DNA from: Candidatus Falkowbacteria bacterium
GTDB lineage: Bacteria > Patescibacteriota > Patescibacteriia > CAIXNZ01
Direction: 5' to 3'
Assembly: GCA_963774955.1 (NCBI GenBank)
Contig: CAVZGV010000004.1
Span: 3,522 to 67,521, forward strand
DNA: 64,000 nt
Position numbers and translations under genes: made by a program. Of the stretch, positions 13,632 to 22,534 are shown in pieces. Position 1 is the first letter of the stretch; the number at the start of each line of letters is the position of its first letter. Below the pieces are notes generated by a model. It had not been told where the DNA came from. It was given only the letters and a program-made list of their open reading frames with translations, and searched no databases.

Positions 13632-13925
13632 TTGTGTCCTGAGGGCAATTTCACTATCGACCTGATCGACTTTACTATTGCCGATGAATCTTTCCCTGGT
13701 GATCCAAAAAAAAACTTTCACCAAAAAACCCTAGCCTACTTCTTTTATCATGAAAGGTATCCTGAGAAATACAAAGAAGAAGGGCTGATTCTGGAAGCAC
13801 AAGACTGCGGGGACTGGGGCTGGTCTCTGACCATGTCGCCCGGAAAGATCATTGACATGGAGGTAAAATATGATCCGCAGGATCTTAGCCAGGTGAAAAA
13901 AATAATTGCAAACCTGATCAACTAA
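13632..13925 (+). CDS. Hypothetical protein (probable 3' part, at the start of the CPR-like segment)
   Basis: Open frame followed by terminator hairpin AGAGCCAGG..CCTGGCTCTTTTTT. Confidence 0.45.
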   Translation: MCPEGNFTIDLIDFTIADESFPGDPKKNFHQKTLAYFFYHERYPEKYKEEGLILEAQDCGDWGWSLTMSPGKIIDMEVKYDPQDLSQVKKIIANLIN

Positions 13926-14044
13926 TCATTCCAGCAAGAGAGCCAGGACACCCCTGGCTCTTTTTTAAATAAAAAGAAAACCGCCTTTGCAGACGGTTTA
14001 TAACTTGAAAGTGTTATTGTTACCATTTACCTAAAAAGGATAAA

Positions 14045-14135
14045 TGGCGGAAGGGGTGGGATTCGAACCCACGCGCCATTGCTGGCCTAACGACTTAGCA
14101 AGCCGCCCTCTTAAGCCTAACTTGAGTACCCTTCC
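14045..14135 (-). tRNA. tRNA-Ser(GCT)
   Basis: Cloverleaf with long variable arm, GCT anticodon, GGTTCGAATCC, encoded CCA. Confidence 0.92.
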
Positions 14136-14148
14136 TTAAAAAGAACAA

Positions 14149-14268
14149 TGGCGGAGAGGGAGGGATTTGTCCGCCAAAGGCGGATCCGCCCTTGGGGGAA
14201 ACCCCCGACCCCTTTTACAGGACTCCTGTTTTCAAGACAGGCGCCTTAAGCCGCTCGGCCACCTCTCC
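14149..14268 (-). tRNA. tRNA-Ser(TGA) with 30-nt palindromic insertion in the T-loop
   Basis: GGAGAGG acceptor, TGA anticodon, long variable arm; T-loop TT^CAAAT interrupted by 14170-14199. Confidence 0.85.
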
Positions 14269-14287
14269 GCAAAAATATTTTATTTAA

Positions 14288-14363
14288 TGGTGGAGCGGAC
14301 GGGGATCGAACCCGCAACAACTGGCTTGCAGGGCCAGTGCTCTCCCAATTGAGCTACCACCCC
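14288..14363 (-). tRNA. tRNA-Ala(TGC)
   Basis: G3:U70 pair, TGC anticodon, GGTTCGATCCC, CCA; position 33 reads C. Confidence 0.9.
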
Positions 14364-14380
14364 ACCGGAAAAAATAAGTG

Positions 14381-14454
14381 TGGACGCACGGAAGGGATTT
14401 GAACCCCTGATCATGGATTTGCAATCCACAGCCTTACCACTTGGCTACCGTGCG
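14381..14454 (-). tRNA. tRNA-Cys(GCA)
   Basis: GCA anticodon, U73 discriminator, GGTTCAAATCC, CCA. Confidence 0.9.
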
Positions 14455-14612
14455 CCATAGTACCTGACAATTTAGCATATTTAAACATAATTGTCAATAA
14501 TTATTGTAAATAAAACCGCCACTTGCGTAGCGGTTGATTTTTTGGCGGGGCGGGAAAGCGCGAAGCTCTCAGCCAGTTGGCTGGACTGACCAATGGCATG
14601 ACCGCCCCAAAC

Positions 14613-14792
14613 TTAATTTACTTTGTTCGTCTGATTAGACTTTTCTTTTTCCTTTTTTATTTTATAACTCCTGCAAGTAGTAAAATCACCCTTGCAGATT
14701 TCAACCTGAGTAGCTTTAACCACTAAGGGCAAAGATAATTCAGTTGCCATACATGAAACTACCTGAGTTACGATTGCATATGGGCAAGCCAT
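14613..14792 (-). CDS. Small 59-aa Cys-containing hypothetical protein (MACPY...)
   Basis: Translated by hand; GGTGGGTG RBS-like sequence; four Cys; below the ORF-track cutoff. Confidence 0.5.
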   Translation of the reverse strand: MACPYAIVTQVVSCMATELSLPLVVKATQVEICKGDFTTCRSYKIKKEKEKSNQTNKVN

Positions 14793-14803
14793 AAATCACC
14801 CAC

Positions 14804-15115
14804 CTAGCCGTAAAGGATCTTATTAGGCACTTCAGAATGATAAAGGACTGTCACACTGGCTGAATTCGGCCTTTTTTCGTTTTCCTTAACAGCAGCTGCA
14901 TCAGCTTCACGCTTAGTGTCATAACAAGCATTGCCACCGATGGTCACAACGACATGCTGCCGAAGAAAAGCCTTTCCCCGAGGATTCTTTTCCTTAATCT
15001 GCTTTTCCAGCTCTTTGGCCTGCGCCAGAGTGTCCAGATCCTGAAAAGTCCAACCTCCAGGAACCTCGGCAGCTTGATAAATTAACCGATATTCTCCTGC
15101 TTTCTCATTTGACAT
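14804..15115 (-). CDS. Hypothetical protein
   Basis: AAGGAGG RBS and TTGACT promoter upstream. Confidence 0.6.
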   Translation of the reverse strand: MSNEKAGEYRLIYQAAEVPGGWTFQDLDTLAQAKELEKQIKEKNPRGKAFLRQHVVVTIGGNACYDTKREADAAAVKENEKRPNSASVTVLYHSEVPNKILYG

Positions 15116-15343
15116 TAAATCCTCCTTTTGGCTTGAACAGACTCAAGTCTTTTATCTATTCGATTATCTCATTTTACCTAATTTTGAAATAAAGTCAAGC
15201 CCCTTGGCATTTGGAAAAATTCAGCGGATATTATATAATATATAAAGGGAGTAACTCCTTATTTTTATTGTTACAAATCTACAAATTGGCTACGGATCAA
15301 CAAATATTTATCCAGACACCAATTAGTAGATTAGTAAACATCT

Positions 15344-18031
15344 ATGTTTTTAGAGAAACTCGAAATCCAAGGTTTCAAGTCTTTTGCGCAAAAGACTGTT
15401 TTAGAATTTCCCAACCGGGTCAATAGCCACATGGGTATTACCTGTGTGGTCGGGCCTAATGGTTCAGGCAAATCCAACGTGGCTGACGCCATTCGCTGGG
15501 TTTTGGGCGAACAATCAATTAAAACCCTGCGCGGCAAAAAAAGCCAGGATGTGATTTTTTCCGGTTCGGATAAGAAATCTCGTTTAGGGTTTGCTGAAGT
15601 TACCATGTATTTGAATAATGAGGATAAATCAGCTGACATTGACTATACTGAATTAGCCATTACTCGACGCGTCTACCAAACTGGCGAAGGTGAATATTTT
15701 ATCAATAAGAACAAAGCTCGTTTAACCGATATTCAGCTACTTTTAGCTAAAGGCGGGTTTGGCCAAAGAACCTATTCAATCATTGGACAGGGCATGGCTG
15801 ATTCTGTTTTGTCCGCGTCTTTAGCAGAACGAAAAGAACTTTTTGACGAAGCAGTCGGGGTTAAACAATTTCAGATAAAACGAGAGCAAGCCCTGAATAA
15901 ATTCAAAGCAACCATGGAAAACCTGGCCCAGACAGAATTAACTTTACAGGAATTGGAACCGCGCTTAAAATCATTAACCAGGCAGGTGAAAAAATTGGAA
16001 AAACGAGAAGAAGTCGAAAAGGACTTAAAAGTCCTGCAATTTGACTATTTTTCCCAAAACTTACAGACATTTAATAGGAACATTGCCAGCGTTACCAGTC
16101 AAAAATCAGAGCTGGAAAAAGTATATGCCAATCTGACCAAAGAAATAAGGGAAATTCAGGATAAAATCAATGAATTTTCAGGGGAAAGTTCCCGCCAAAA
16201 TATTTTTGAAAAATTACAGGCTGATTATAATACCTTAATTCAGAAAAAAAACAGTTTGTTACGCGACCAGACCCTGATTAAAGCAAAACTGGATGTGCAC
16301 ATGGAAAAGCAAGGTCAAACTAATATTGTCTGGCTGACGAAAAAGCTTGAAGAAATTAATAGCCAGCAATCAGGGCTAAAACAACAAATTTCCGACACCC
16401 AGGATTTACTCAACAAGGAAAAGATAACCTTACAATCAAAGAACAATACCTTAGCTGCTTTAAACCAAAGAATCGAACGGGTCAAAGAAGAACTCAACCA
16501 AATACAAAAGACTGCTCAAGTTCCGTTTCAGGCTGAAAAAGAGTTAGAAATAATTTTCAACCAACAGCAAGAGCTGGTAAAAAAACTTTTAGCCGTTGAA
16601 AAGCTCGAAGATCTGGCTGCGATAAAAACTCTGGCCAGAGAAATTTCCCAAAAGCTTTCTATCTATCTGGAAAAATCCAAGGACAACAAACAACAAGGGA
16701 CAGACAATCTGCTTAGTTTACAAGCTCAGTTAGAATCATTGGTTACTCAAAAAAATGAGTTGAACCAGGAAATTTCGCAGACAAATGTTAACATCCAGCT
16801 GAAAAATGAGAAATTGCATAGCCTAGAAGCTGAGATAACAAAATTCAAAAATGAGCAAACTAAAATCAGCCAGGAAATCAGCCTAACCCAGCTTAGCCCG
16901 GATGATAAAAAGTTTACCGAACAGGTCATGGCTGAAATAAAAAATATTCAGGATCAAATCGACACTTTGGATCTAAGCGTTAAAGATAGTGAATTAAAAA
17001 TCAGCCAATTTAATTTGGAAGAACAAAATAAAAAAGAACATTTGATTGCCTTACAAAAAGACTCACAAGAAAAACAAGCGCAAAGCAACCAATTCAATCA
17101 GAAAATCAATGATCTTAATATTGACCTGGCCAAATATTCCACCAAAAAAGAAGACCTGGAAACGGAAATCAGACAGGAAAATTTAGATCTGACTGAAATT
17201 CAAAAATTTCAGTCAAGCACCGAACTCGGAGCTGATACTTATCAGCGCATTCAGCAATTAAAACGTCAGCTGGAAATTATCGGCAGTATGGATGAAGAAA
17301 CTCAAAAAGAATATGATGAAATCAATGAGCGTTATAATTTCTTAAAGGAACAATCAGACGATCTAAGAAACGCCATTACTTCCCTGCAAACTGTAATTGA
17401 AGAATTGGATAAAACTATTCGGGAACAATTTGATCATGCTTTCAAAGAAATCAATAAGGAATTCCAAAAATATTTCAAAGTCTTATTTAATGGCGGACAA
17501 TCAGAACTGGTTAAGGTAAGTTCCGAAGAGATTAAAAAAGATGAGAAAGAAGAAAAAGAAGGGCAAGAAGGGAAAGAAGGGCTTGAACTAGAAGAAGAGA
17601 CCGGTGTTTTGGCCCAGGCGGAAAAATTTGCCAAGGCCATGAAACAGAGGGAGAAAGAAAGCTATGCCGGTATTGAAATCAGGGCTGTACCTCCGGGCAA
17701 AAAAATCAAAACGATCAGCATGCTTTCCGGCGGTGAAAGAGCTTTAACTTCCATTGCTTTGATCTGCGCCATTATTTCCAATAACCCTTCCCCGTTTATT
17801 GTTCTGGATGAAGTTGACGCTCCGCTGGATGAAGCCAATTCTGAAAGATTTGACGCTATTTTAACGGAACTGGCCAACAAAACCCAATTTATAGTCATTA
17901 CTCATAACCGCGTCACTATGCATTATGCTGATGTCTTATACGGTGTAACCATGGGTGACGACGGTATTTCCAAATTACTCTCAGTCAAACTGGCTGATGC
18001 AGAAGATATGGTTGGTAGAGCAAGAGGCTAA
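15344..18031 (+). CDS. smc: SMC family chromosome segregation ATPase (short, no recognisable hinge)
   Basis: GFKSFA, GPNGSGKSN, LSGGE, LDEVDAPLD, long coiled coil. Confidence 0.9.
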   Translation: MFLEKLEIQGFKSFAQKTVLEFPNRVNSHMGITCVVGPNGSGKSNVADAIRWVLGEQSIKTLRGKKSQDVIFSGSDKKSRLGFAEVTMYLNNEDKSADIDYTELAITRRVYQTGEGEYFINKNKARLTDIQLLLAKGGFGQRTYSIIGQGMADSVLSASLAERKELFDEAVGVKQFQIKREQALNKFKATMENLAQTELTLQELEPRLKSLTRQVKKLEKREEVEKDLKVLQFDYFSQNLQTFNRNIASVTSQKSELEKVYANLTKEIREIQDKINEFSGESSRQNIFEKLQADYNTLIQKKNSLLRDQTLIKAKLDVHMEKQGQTNIVWLTKKLEEINSQQSGLKQQISDTQDLLNKEKITLQSKNNTLAALNQRIERVKEELNQIQKTAQVPFQAEKELEIIFNQQQELVKKLLAVEKLEDLAAIKTLAREISQKLSIYLEKSKDNKQQGTDNLLSLQAQLESLVTQKNELNQEISQTNVNIQLKNEKLHSLEAEITKFKNEQTKISQEISLTQLSPDDKKFTEQVMAEIKNIQDQIDTLDLSVKDSELKISQFNLEEQNKKEHLIALQKDSQEKQAQSNQFNQKINDLNIDLAKYSTKKEDLETEIRQENLDLTEIQKFQSSTELGADTYQRIQQLKRQLEIIGSMDEETQKEYDEINERYNFLKEQSDDLRNAITSLQTVIEELDKTIREQFDHAFKEINKEFQKYFKVLFNGGQSELVKVSSEEIKKDEKEEKEGQEGKEGLELEEETGVLAQAEKFAKAMKQREKESYAGIEIRAVPPGKKIKTISMLSGGERALTSIALICAIISNNPSPFIVLDEVDAPLDEANSERFDAILTELANKTQFIVITHNRVTMHYADVLYGVTMGDDGISKLLSVKLADAEDMVGRARG

Positions 18032-18141
18032 ACATATATGAATAATCAAAAAGGCCCTGCAACCCAGGGTCTTTTTGATATTGACAAAAATTATATAAAC
18101 TGATATTATATAATATCGTCTAAACTGATGCGGAGGTAAAA

Positions 18142-18699
18142 ATGTCAGCCAAGAAAAAAGATGATCCTAGTAATGATCCGCAATATGAAATCCTTTTGGA
18201 TTTGGCGGATGGGGTCAAACTAAAAATCCATCTGTTTAACCGTTTTGAACAGCGCTGGATTTTCACTTTCAATTATCTCAAAAAGCTCGAGGGAGAAAGA
18301 CAGCCGCAGGTAGTCAATGAACTGCGCCTGGTGATAGATTATAACCACGGCGTAGCCACGGTCTGTTCGCTGTCCATGAACATCATTATTCCGAAAAGAT
18401 TAGGCCAACATTTTCTTTACGGCATGGATGTCTCACCGGGCGCCAAAACCTTTCTGCAGTTTATCTATGAAAAAGTGGAGGCTGCTGATCAGCAATATTT
18501 TCAGCTGGTCGCGATTGAAAAAGGGGCGACGCAAAAAATCGACCTTAAAACCCTGGCTCCCGGCCTGATGAAGCCCATTGAATTTCCCTTCCCAATCCTA
18601 GATAGAATCATGCTGCGGGGAAATATTTTCCAGGTGCCTTTCCTGGGTTACAATGACCAGGATAATGATTTCGAGTTTCCAAATGCGATCACCAAATAG
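18142..18699 (+). CDS. Hypothetical protein
   Basis: TTGACA promoter and GGAGG RBS upstream. Confidence 0.65.
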   Translation: MSAKKKDDPSNDPQYEILLDLADGVKLKIHLFNRFEQRWIFTFNYLKKLEGERQPQVVNELRLVIDYNHGVATVCSLSMNIIIPKRLGQHFLYGMDVSPGAKTFLQFIYEKVEAADQQYFQLVAIEKGATQKIDLKTLAPGLMKPIEFPFPILDRIMLRGNIFQVPFLGYNDQDNDFEFPNAITK

Positions 18700-18712
18700 C
18701 AAAGGAGAAAAA

Positions 18713-18907
18713 ATGGCCAGGAAAAAAATGACCCCGGGACAGGCTGCGGCTGCCGCAGCTAAAATGGAACAGACCACCGACAAGCTGCTCAATGGACCTT
18801 GTCCTGAGTGCAAAGGCACAGGCAAAACCCGCGGCAGCAAATGCAAACTCTGCGGTGGCTCGGGCAAGAAACAGACCATCAAGGTCCACCCGATCAAACC
18901 CCGTTGA
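18713..18907 (+). CDS. Small DnaJ-type zinc-finger protein
   Basis: CPECKGTG and CKLCGGSG; AAGGAG RBS. Confidence 0.7.
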   Translation: MARKKMTPGQAAAAAAKMEQTTDKLLNGPCPECKGTGKTRGSKCKLCGGSGKKQTIKVHPIKPR

Positions 18908-18978
18908 AAAAACCTGAACAATCCGTCCCGTACGCGGGACGGATTTTATTTTTATACAAAATTAATAATGCGTTTGTC

Positions 18979-19007
18979 TTGACATAAAGTTCGAATTTTG
19001 ATAGCGT
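18979..19007 (+). promoter_or_regulatory. Sigma70-type promoter of the orphan guide array
   Basis: TTGACA-17 bp-TAGCGT with extended TG; shares TTGTCTTGACATAA with the promoter at 35197-35229. Confidence 0.65.
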
Positions 19008-19019
19008 TGGAAATATCAA

Positions 19020-19607
19020 TGAGGACGAACTTCCGGATGTCTTTATAGACGAAAATCGGCTTGTCCTCAAAATTTTTGGCGAGACGACATTGGGACTGTT
19101 TAGCTAACGTGCAGATGTGTGTCTCGCCCCTTTTTCTTTGCCGCTGGCTTTGAGCTTAGGGCTCTGGGCTAAGAGCTTCAGAGCAAAGGGGACGACGAGG
19201 TTGTTGATTTATTAAATTTAATAATGACCTGTCCCCTAAAAATTTTGCAGACGAGCAGTCAGTTGTTGTTTGAAAACAACGAGAAGAAGGTTGTCCGCAA
19301 AATTGGGTGAGACGCTAGAAATGGTGCTATATCATAGCGTCGTAGAAGTTGTCTCACCCTACTTTAAAATTTAGTGATTGGTGAATTGGTTAAGAAGTTA
19401 GTTTAGTGAAATGTGTTTGGTGAAAGTTAATACACTCAACACCATGGCCCAAACTAACCTCCTTACCTTTCCACTATTCACAAAAGCAATATTTTGCGGA
19501 CGAAGAAGTTCCTGTCTTAATTAAGACGTTTTGGGGCTTGTCCGTAAAAAAAACAGGGTAAGACGAGTGCGGCTCTGTTTCTAAACTTACAAAGACATGT
19601 CTTACCC
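19020..19607 (+). ncRNA. Orphan TIGR-like stem-loop guide array, 7 dual-spacer units
   Basis: e.g. GAGGACGA-ACTTCCGGA-TGTCTTTATAGACGA-AAATCGGCT-TGTCCTC; same three stems as the 29.6-35.2 kb arrays. Confidence 0.8.
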
Positions 19608-19611
19608 AAAA

Positions 19612-19645
19612 AAAACCCCACGCAAAAGCGAGGGGATTTTTATTT
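19612..19645. terminator. Intrinsic terminator closing the orphan array (probably bidirectional)
   Basis: CCCCACGC-AAAA-GCGAGGGG flanked by A and T runs. Confidence 0.6.
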
Positions 19646-19655
19646 GCTGAAAATT

Positions 19656-20051
19656 TTATTGAACCTGATGACCAAACTCTTCATCTTCCTTATCCTTATC
19701 AGCCTGTTTTTTGGTTTTATGAATTCTAGCGTCAATGTGGTTTGGCGGGCAGTAAACAGTCCAGACCTTCAAAGCGCCTTTGCCGGTATTGATTACATTG
19801 TGTTTAGTTCCCGGGGTAACAATCAATATATCGCCTTTAGTCGCCACTGATTCCACTCCATCCAAAACAACCTTAGCCTCGCCTTTTTGGAAAAAGAAAA
19901 TTTGTTCCACACTGTTATGCACCTCTTCTCCGATTTCACCATTTTTTTTAATACTCATAACAACCAACTGGCTTTTAGCACCGGTAAAAAGCACCTGGCG
20001 GAAAAATTTATTTTCCTTGGTTGACTTGGTAATGTTTGATTGATAGGCCAT
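19656..20051 (-). CDS. Cupin domain protein
   Basis: GEEVH...EQ...G and PGTKHNVIN cupin motifs. Confidence 0.85.
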   Translation of the reverse strand: MAYQSNITKSTKENKFFRQVLFTGAKSQLVVMSIKKNGEIGEEVHNSVEQIFFFQKGEAKVVLDGVESVATKGDILIVTPGTKHNVINTGKGALKVWTVYCPPNHIDARIHKTKKQADKDKEDEEFGHQVQ

Positions 20052-20140
20052 ACTTTTATTTTATAAATTAATAAGCTACAGCAATTATACCATTTTGACT
20101 TTAAAAAGAAAACCGTCCCGCAGTACGGGACGGTTGATTA

Positions 20141-20776
20141 TCAGGAGCTTTTAACTCTTTCCCTGATCGCTTTGTCACGAATTATCTTTTTGCCGAAAAC
20201 CTGTTCCACCAGCCGCATATAGGTTCCAAACATAGCTGGCAGTTCTTCTGGAGGAACATTGGCAAACAGAGCTTTGATTATTTGGTGATTATACCATTTC
20301 TGGTTAGCATAACCGCCGGTAAAACTCTGCCAGACTTTGGCCTGACTGCAGTCCCGTCCGGTCCGGAAGCCTTCAGCCTTAACCGCATCGGCAAAGCTTT
20401 GCAAGTTATCAAGCTTGTCTGCGCATTTGATCATCTTTACTTTCAGTGGTGCAGTTGTAATGCGCTTGATCATTTCTTCTTTACGATCCTGCCACGGCAA
20501 CCCTTTGGTTTCCGTCAGCATGATCACCATTTCCAATACATTTGAGCCAAACTGCCATCTTAACAGTTCGGGGCTCAAATCAGTATCTTCAAGAATATCA
20601 TGAAAGATCCCCGCCAGAATTGTATCTTCATCTGCCCTGGATAACGCCAGGAGCATGCTAACGCCCCACAAATGGGCATTATAAGGAACATTTGCCTCCT
20701 TACGTCTCTGGCCGGCATGCCAGTTTGACGCAATAATAATGGCATCTCTAATCCTTTGTGTCCAATATCCTTGCAT
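20141..20776 (-). CDS. HD domain protein, RelA/SpoT hydrolase-like (small alarmone hydrolase)
   Basis: HAGQRRK...PYxxH, FHDILEDT, KCADKLDN. Confidence 0.8.
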   Translation of the reverse strand: MQGYWTQRIRDAIIIASNWHAGQRRKEANVPYNAHLWGVSMLLALSRADEDTILAGIFHDILEDTDLSPELLRWQFGSNVLEMVIMLTETKGLPWQDRKEEMIKRITTAPLKVKMIKCADKLDNLQSFADAVKAEGFRTGRDCSQAKVWQSFTGGYANQKWYNHQIIKALFANVPPEELPAMFGTYMRLVEQVFGKKIIRDKAIRERVKSS

Positions 20777-20903
20777 GGCTTGCCTCCCTTTTTAGTTGAT
20801 TTCTAAATATATCATTTTATTTTGCTTTTGTCAACCAAGTCGTTATATAAAAAATCACCCCGTTTTTTCGTTGCCACGAAGATAACGGGGTGATAATTGA
20901 AGC

Positions 20904-21368
20904 TTAAGTTACTTCAAAAAAAACTGATTTGCGGCCATGAGCCTTAAGATACTGTTTAATCTGGTGATGAATTAAAGCCCAGGCCAGACAGCCGACCAAG
21001 ATTATCCCGATCAGGCCGGCACCGGCGGCATTGGGACTGTTGTCCAAAAAGGCATCCAGGCTGGTGTTGAACGAAGCAGATAATCTGCACATCAGGCTGA
21101 TGAGGCCAAAGGGCAGTAAAGAAACTATGATGCCGAAGACCAGCATTTCTCCCAGATAGGCAATGATGGTAATGGGTTTTTCAAGTCCTTTGGAAAAATC
21201 AGCCCTGGATTCCTGTTGTCTGATTTTTTTTGCATTGGCCTGAAATTTCCCAGCCGTTGCTTCTGCGTCCCCCAGCGAAGTAAATTTTAAGACCTGTGCT
21301 TGCTGTTGCGCATTCAGCTTACGCTGTTTCTTGCGCAGTTTCTTATCCCGATTCTTTTTCTTGCTCAT
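20904..21368 (-). CDS. Hypothetical membrane protein
   Basis: AGGAGG RBS before MSKKK; two hydrophobic segments. Confidence 0.6.
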   Translation of the reverse strand: MSKKKNRDKKLRKKQRKLNAQQQAQVLKFTSLGDAEATAGKFQANAKKIRQQESRADFSKGLEKPITIIAYLGEMLVFGIIVSLLPFGLISLMCRLSASFNTSLDAFLDNSPNAAGAGLIGIILVGCLAWALIHHQIKQYLKAHGRKSVFFEVT

Positions 21369-21489
21369 TACTCCCCTCCTTATTTTTCTTGACCTGACGA
21401 TACAAAGCAAACTTAAACTCATCTTATTATCCAAATCTATATTTGTCAAATATATTTAAAAGACGCCCCTGCTAAAGGCGCCTTTCAAT

Positions 21490-22182
21490 TTAAGCTAATA
21501 ATTTCTCTAAATATTCTTTGGCTTTTAATTGTTCTTTGAGCGGATTAAATAGCTCCAAGGAAACATATTCAGGCAAATATTTTTTAAATTGAACCAGATA
21601 ACCCAATTCATCAAGGGTGCGAAAATCATGAGGAGCGTGGGAAGTGTACGTTTCATCCGGAGCCTGCACGAGTATTCCCTGTGGTGAAAAAGCTGAGACA
21701 TGAGAACAACCAATTTTATTTTTATTAACTATTTCTTCAAATTTATCATAACCTGGGCGATTGAATAATTTCCCAACAGCCCAATGACTAAAGTCTATGC
21801 ACAAACCAAAGCATTGTGGTAAAAATTCAATAAATTCCTGATCAATCCTGCCACCATTTTCTACATAAATTTTACCGGCGTGTTTTTTATTTTCAGCCAA
21901 TAATTTCAGGAATTCTGGTTTAGCGTGAATATTAAATAATCCTGTCTTATAATTATCAACCAACCAATCCAACTCCCAGGGCTGCATATCATCGCGCAGA
22001 TGAACATGAGTAATTTTTTGCAGCTTGGTCTGGATAAGAAGCTTATATAATCTTTCTCTATCCTGGCCGGAAATTGCCGTCAAAAATAAAGCTATTTCTT
22101 TAATACCAAGATCATCTAGCTGACGAATACGAGCTGGCCAATCTGGAGTTAAATATGTTGTGATGCTTGGAAGTATTTTCAT
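21490..22182 (-). CDS. Xylose isomerase-like TIM barrel protein
   Basis: HVH, NIH, VEN, CIDFSH, HVS and LE metal-ligand pattern. Confidence 0.6.
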   Translation of the reverse strand: MKILPSITTYLTPDWPARIRQLDDLGIKEIALFLTAISGQDRERLYKLLIQTKLQKITHVHLRDDMQPWELDWLVDNYKTGLFNIHAKPEFLKLLAENKKHAGKIYVENGGRIDQEFIEFLPQCFGLCIDFSHWAVGKLFNRPGYDKFEEIVNKNKIGCSHVSAFSPQGILVQAPDETYTSHAPHDFRTLDELGYLVQFKKYLPEYVSLELFNPLKEQLKAKEYLEKLLA

Positions 22183-22278
22183 TTTTATGCAATAGTCGCT
22201 CTAATATTTACACAAAATTTGCAAAATGGAAACGTGCAAAAGCGCTTCGCAGAGCGGAGCGCTTTTTTATAAACAATC

Positions 22279-22515
22279 TTATTCTTTTTCGACATGTAAC
22301 CCTCCAAATCCTGCCTTCTTTGTTGAAACTTTCATAATTTCTTCATTGCCAATTGAAATTTCAATCTCTCCCTTATCATATTCAAGGCCATTTCTTTTCA
22401 TGGCCTCTTCTCGTTTTTCAATGTCATCATTTACAAAAATGGTTGCAAAATCTTCTCTGGACAAATTTACTCTTTTACCCTCTTTTTGCTCAGACCCTAA
22501 AATTTCTCGATTCAT
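22279..22515 (-). CDS. Hypothetical protein
   Basis: Short ORF directly downstream of hppA. Confidence 0.45.
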   Translation of the reverse strand: MNREILGSEQKEGKRVNLSREDFATIFVNDDIEKREEAMKRNGLEYDKGEIEISIGNEEIMKVSTKKAGFGGLHVEKE

Positions 22516-22534
22516 AAATTTTTAGGTTAATTAA

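Noticed and set aside
14325-14335. C33 in the tRNA-Ala anticodon loop as a recoding signal
   Set aside because: It is a single-base deviation in error-prone sequence, and all other Ala identity elements are normal.
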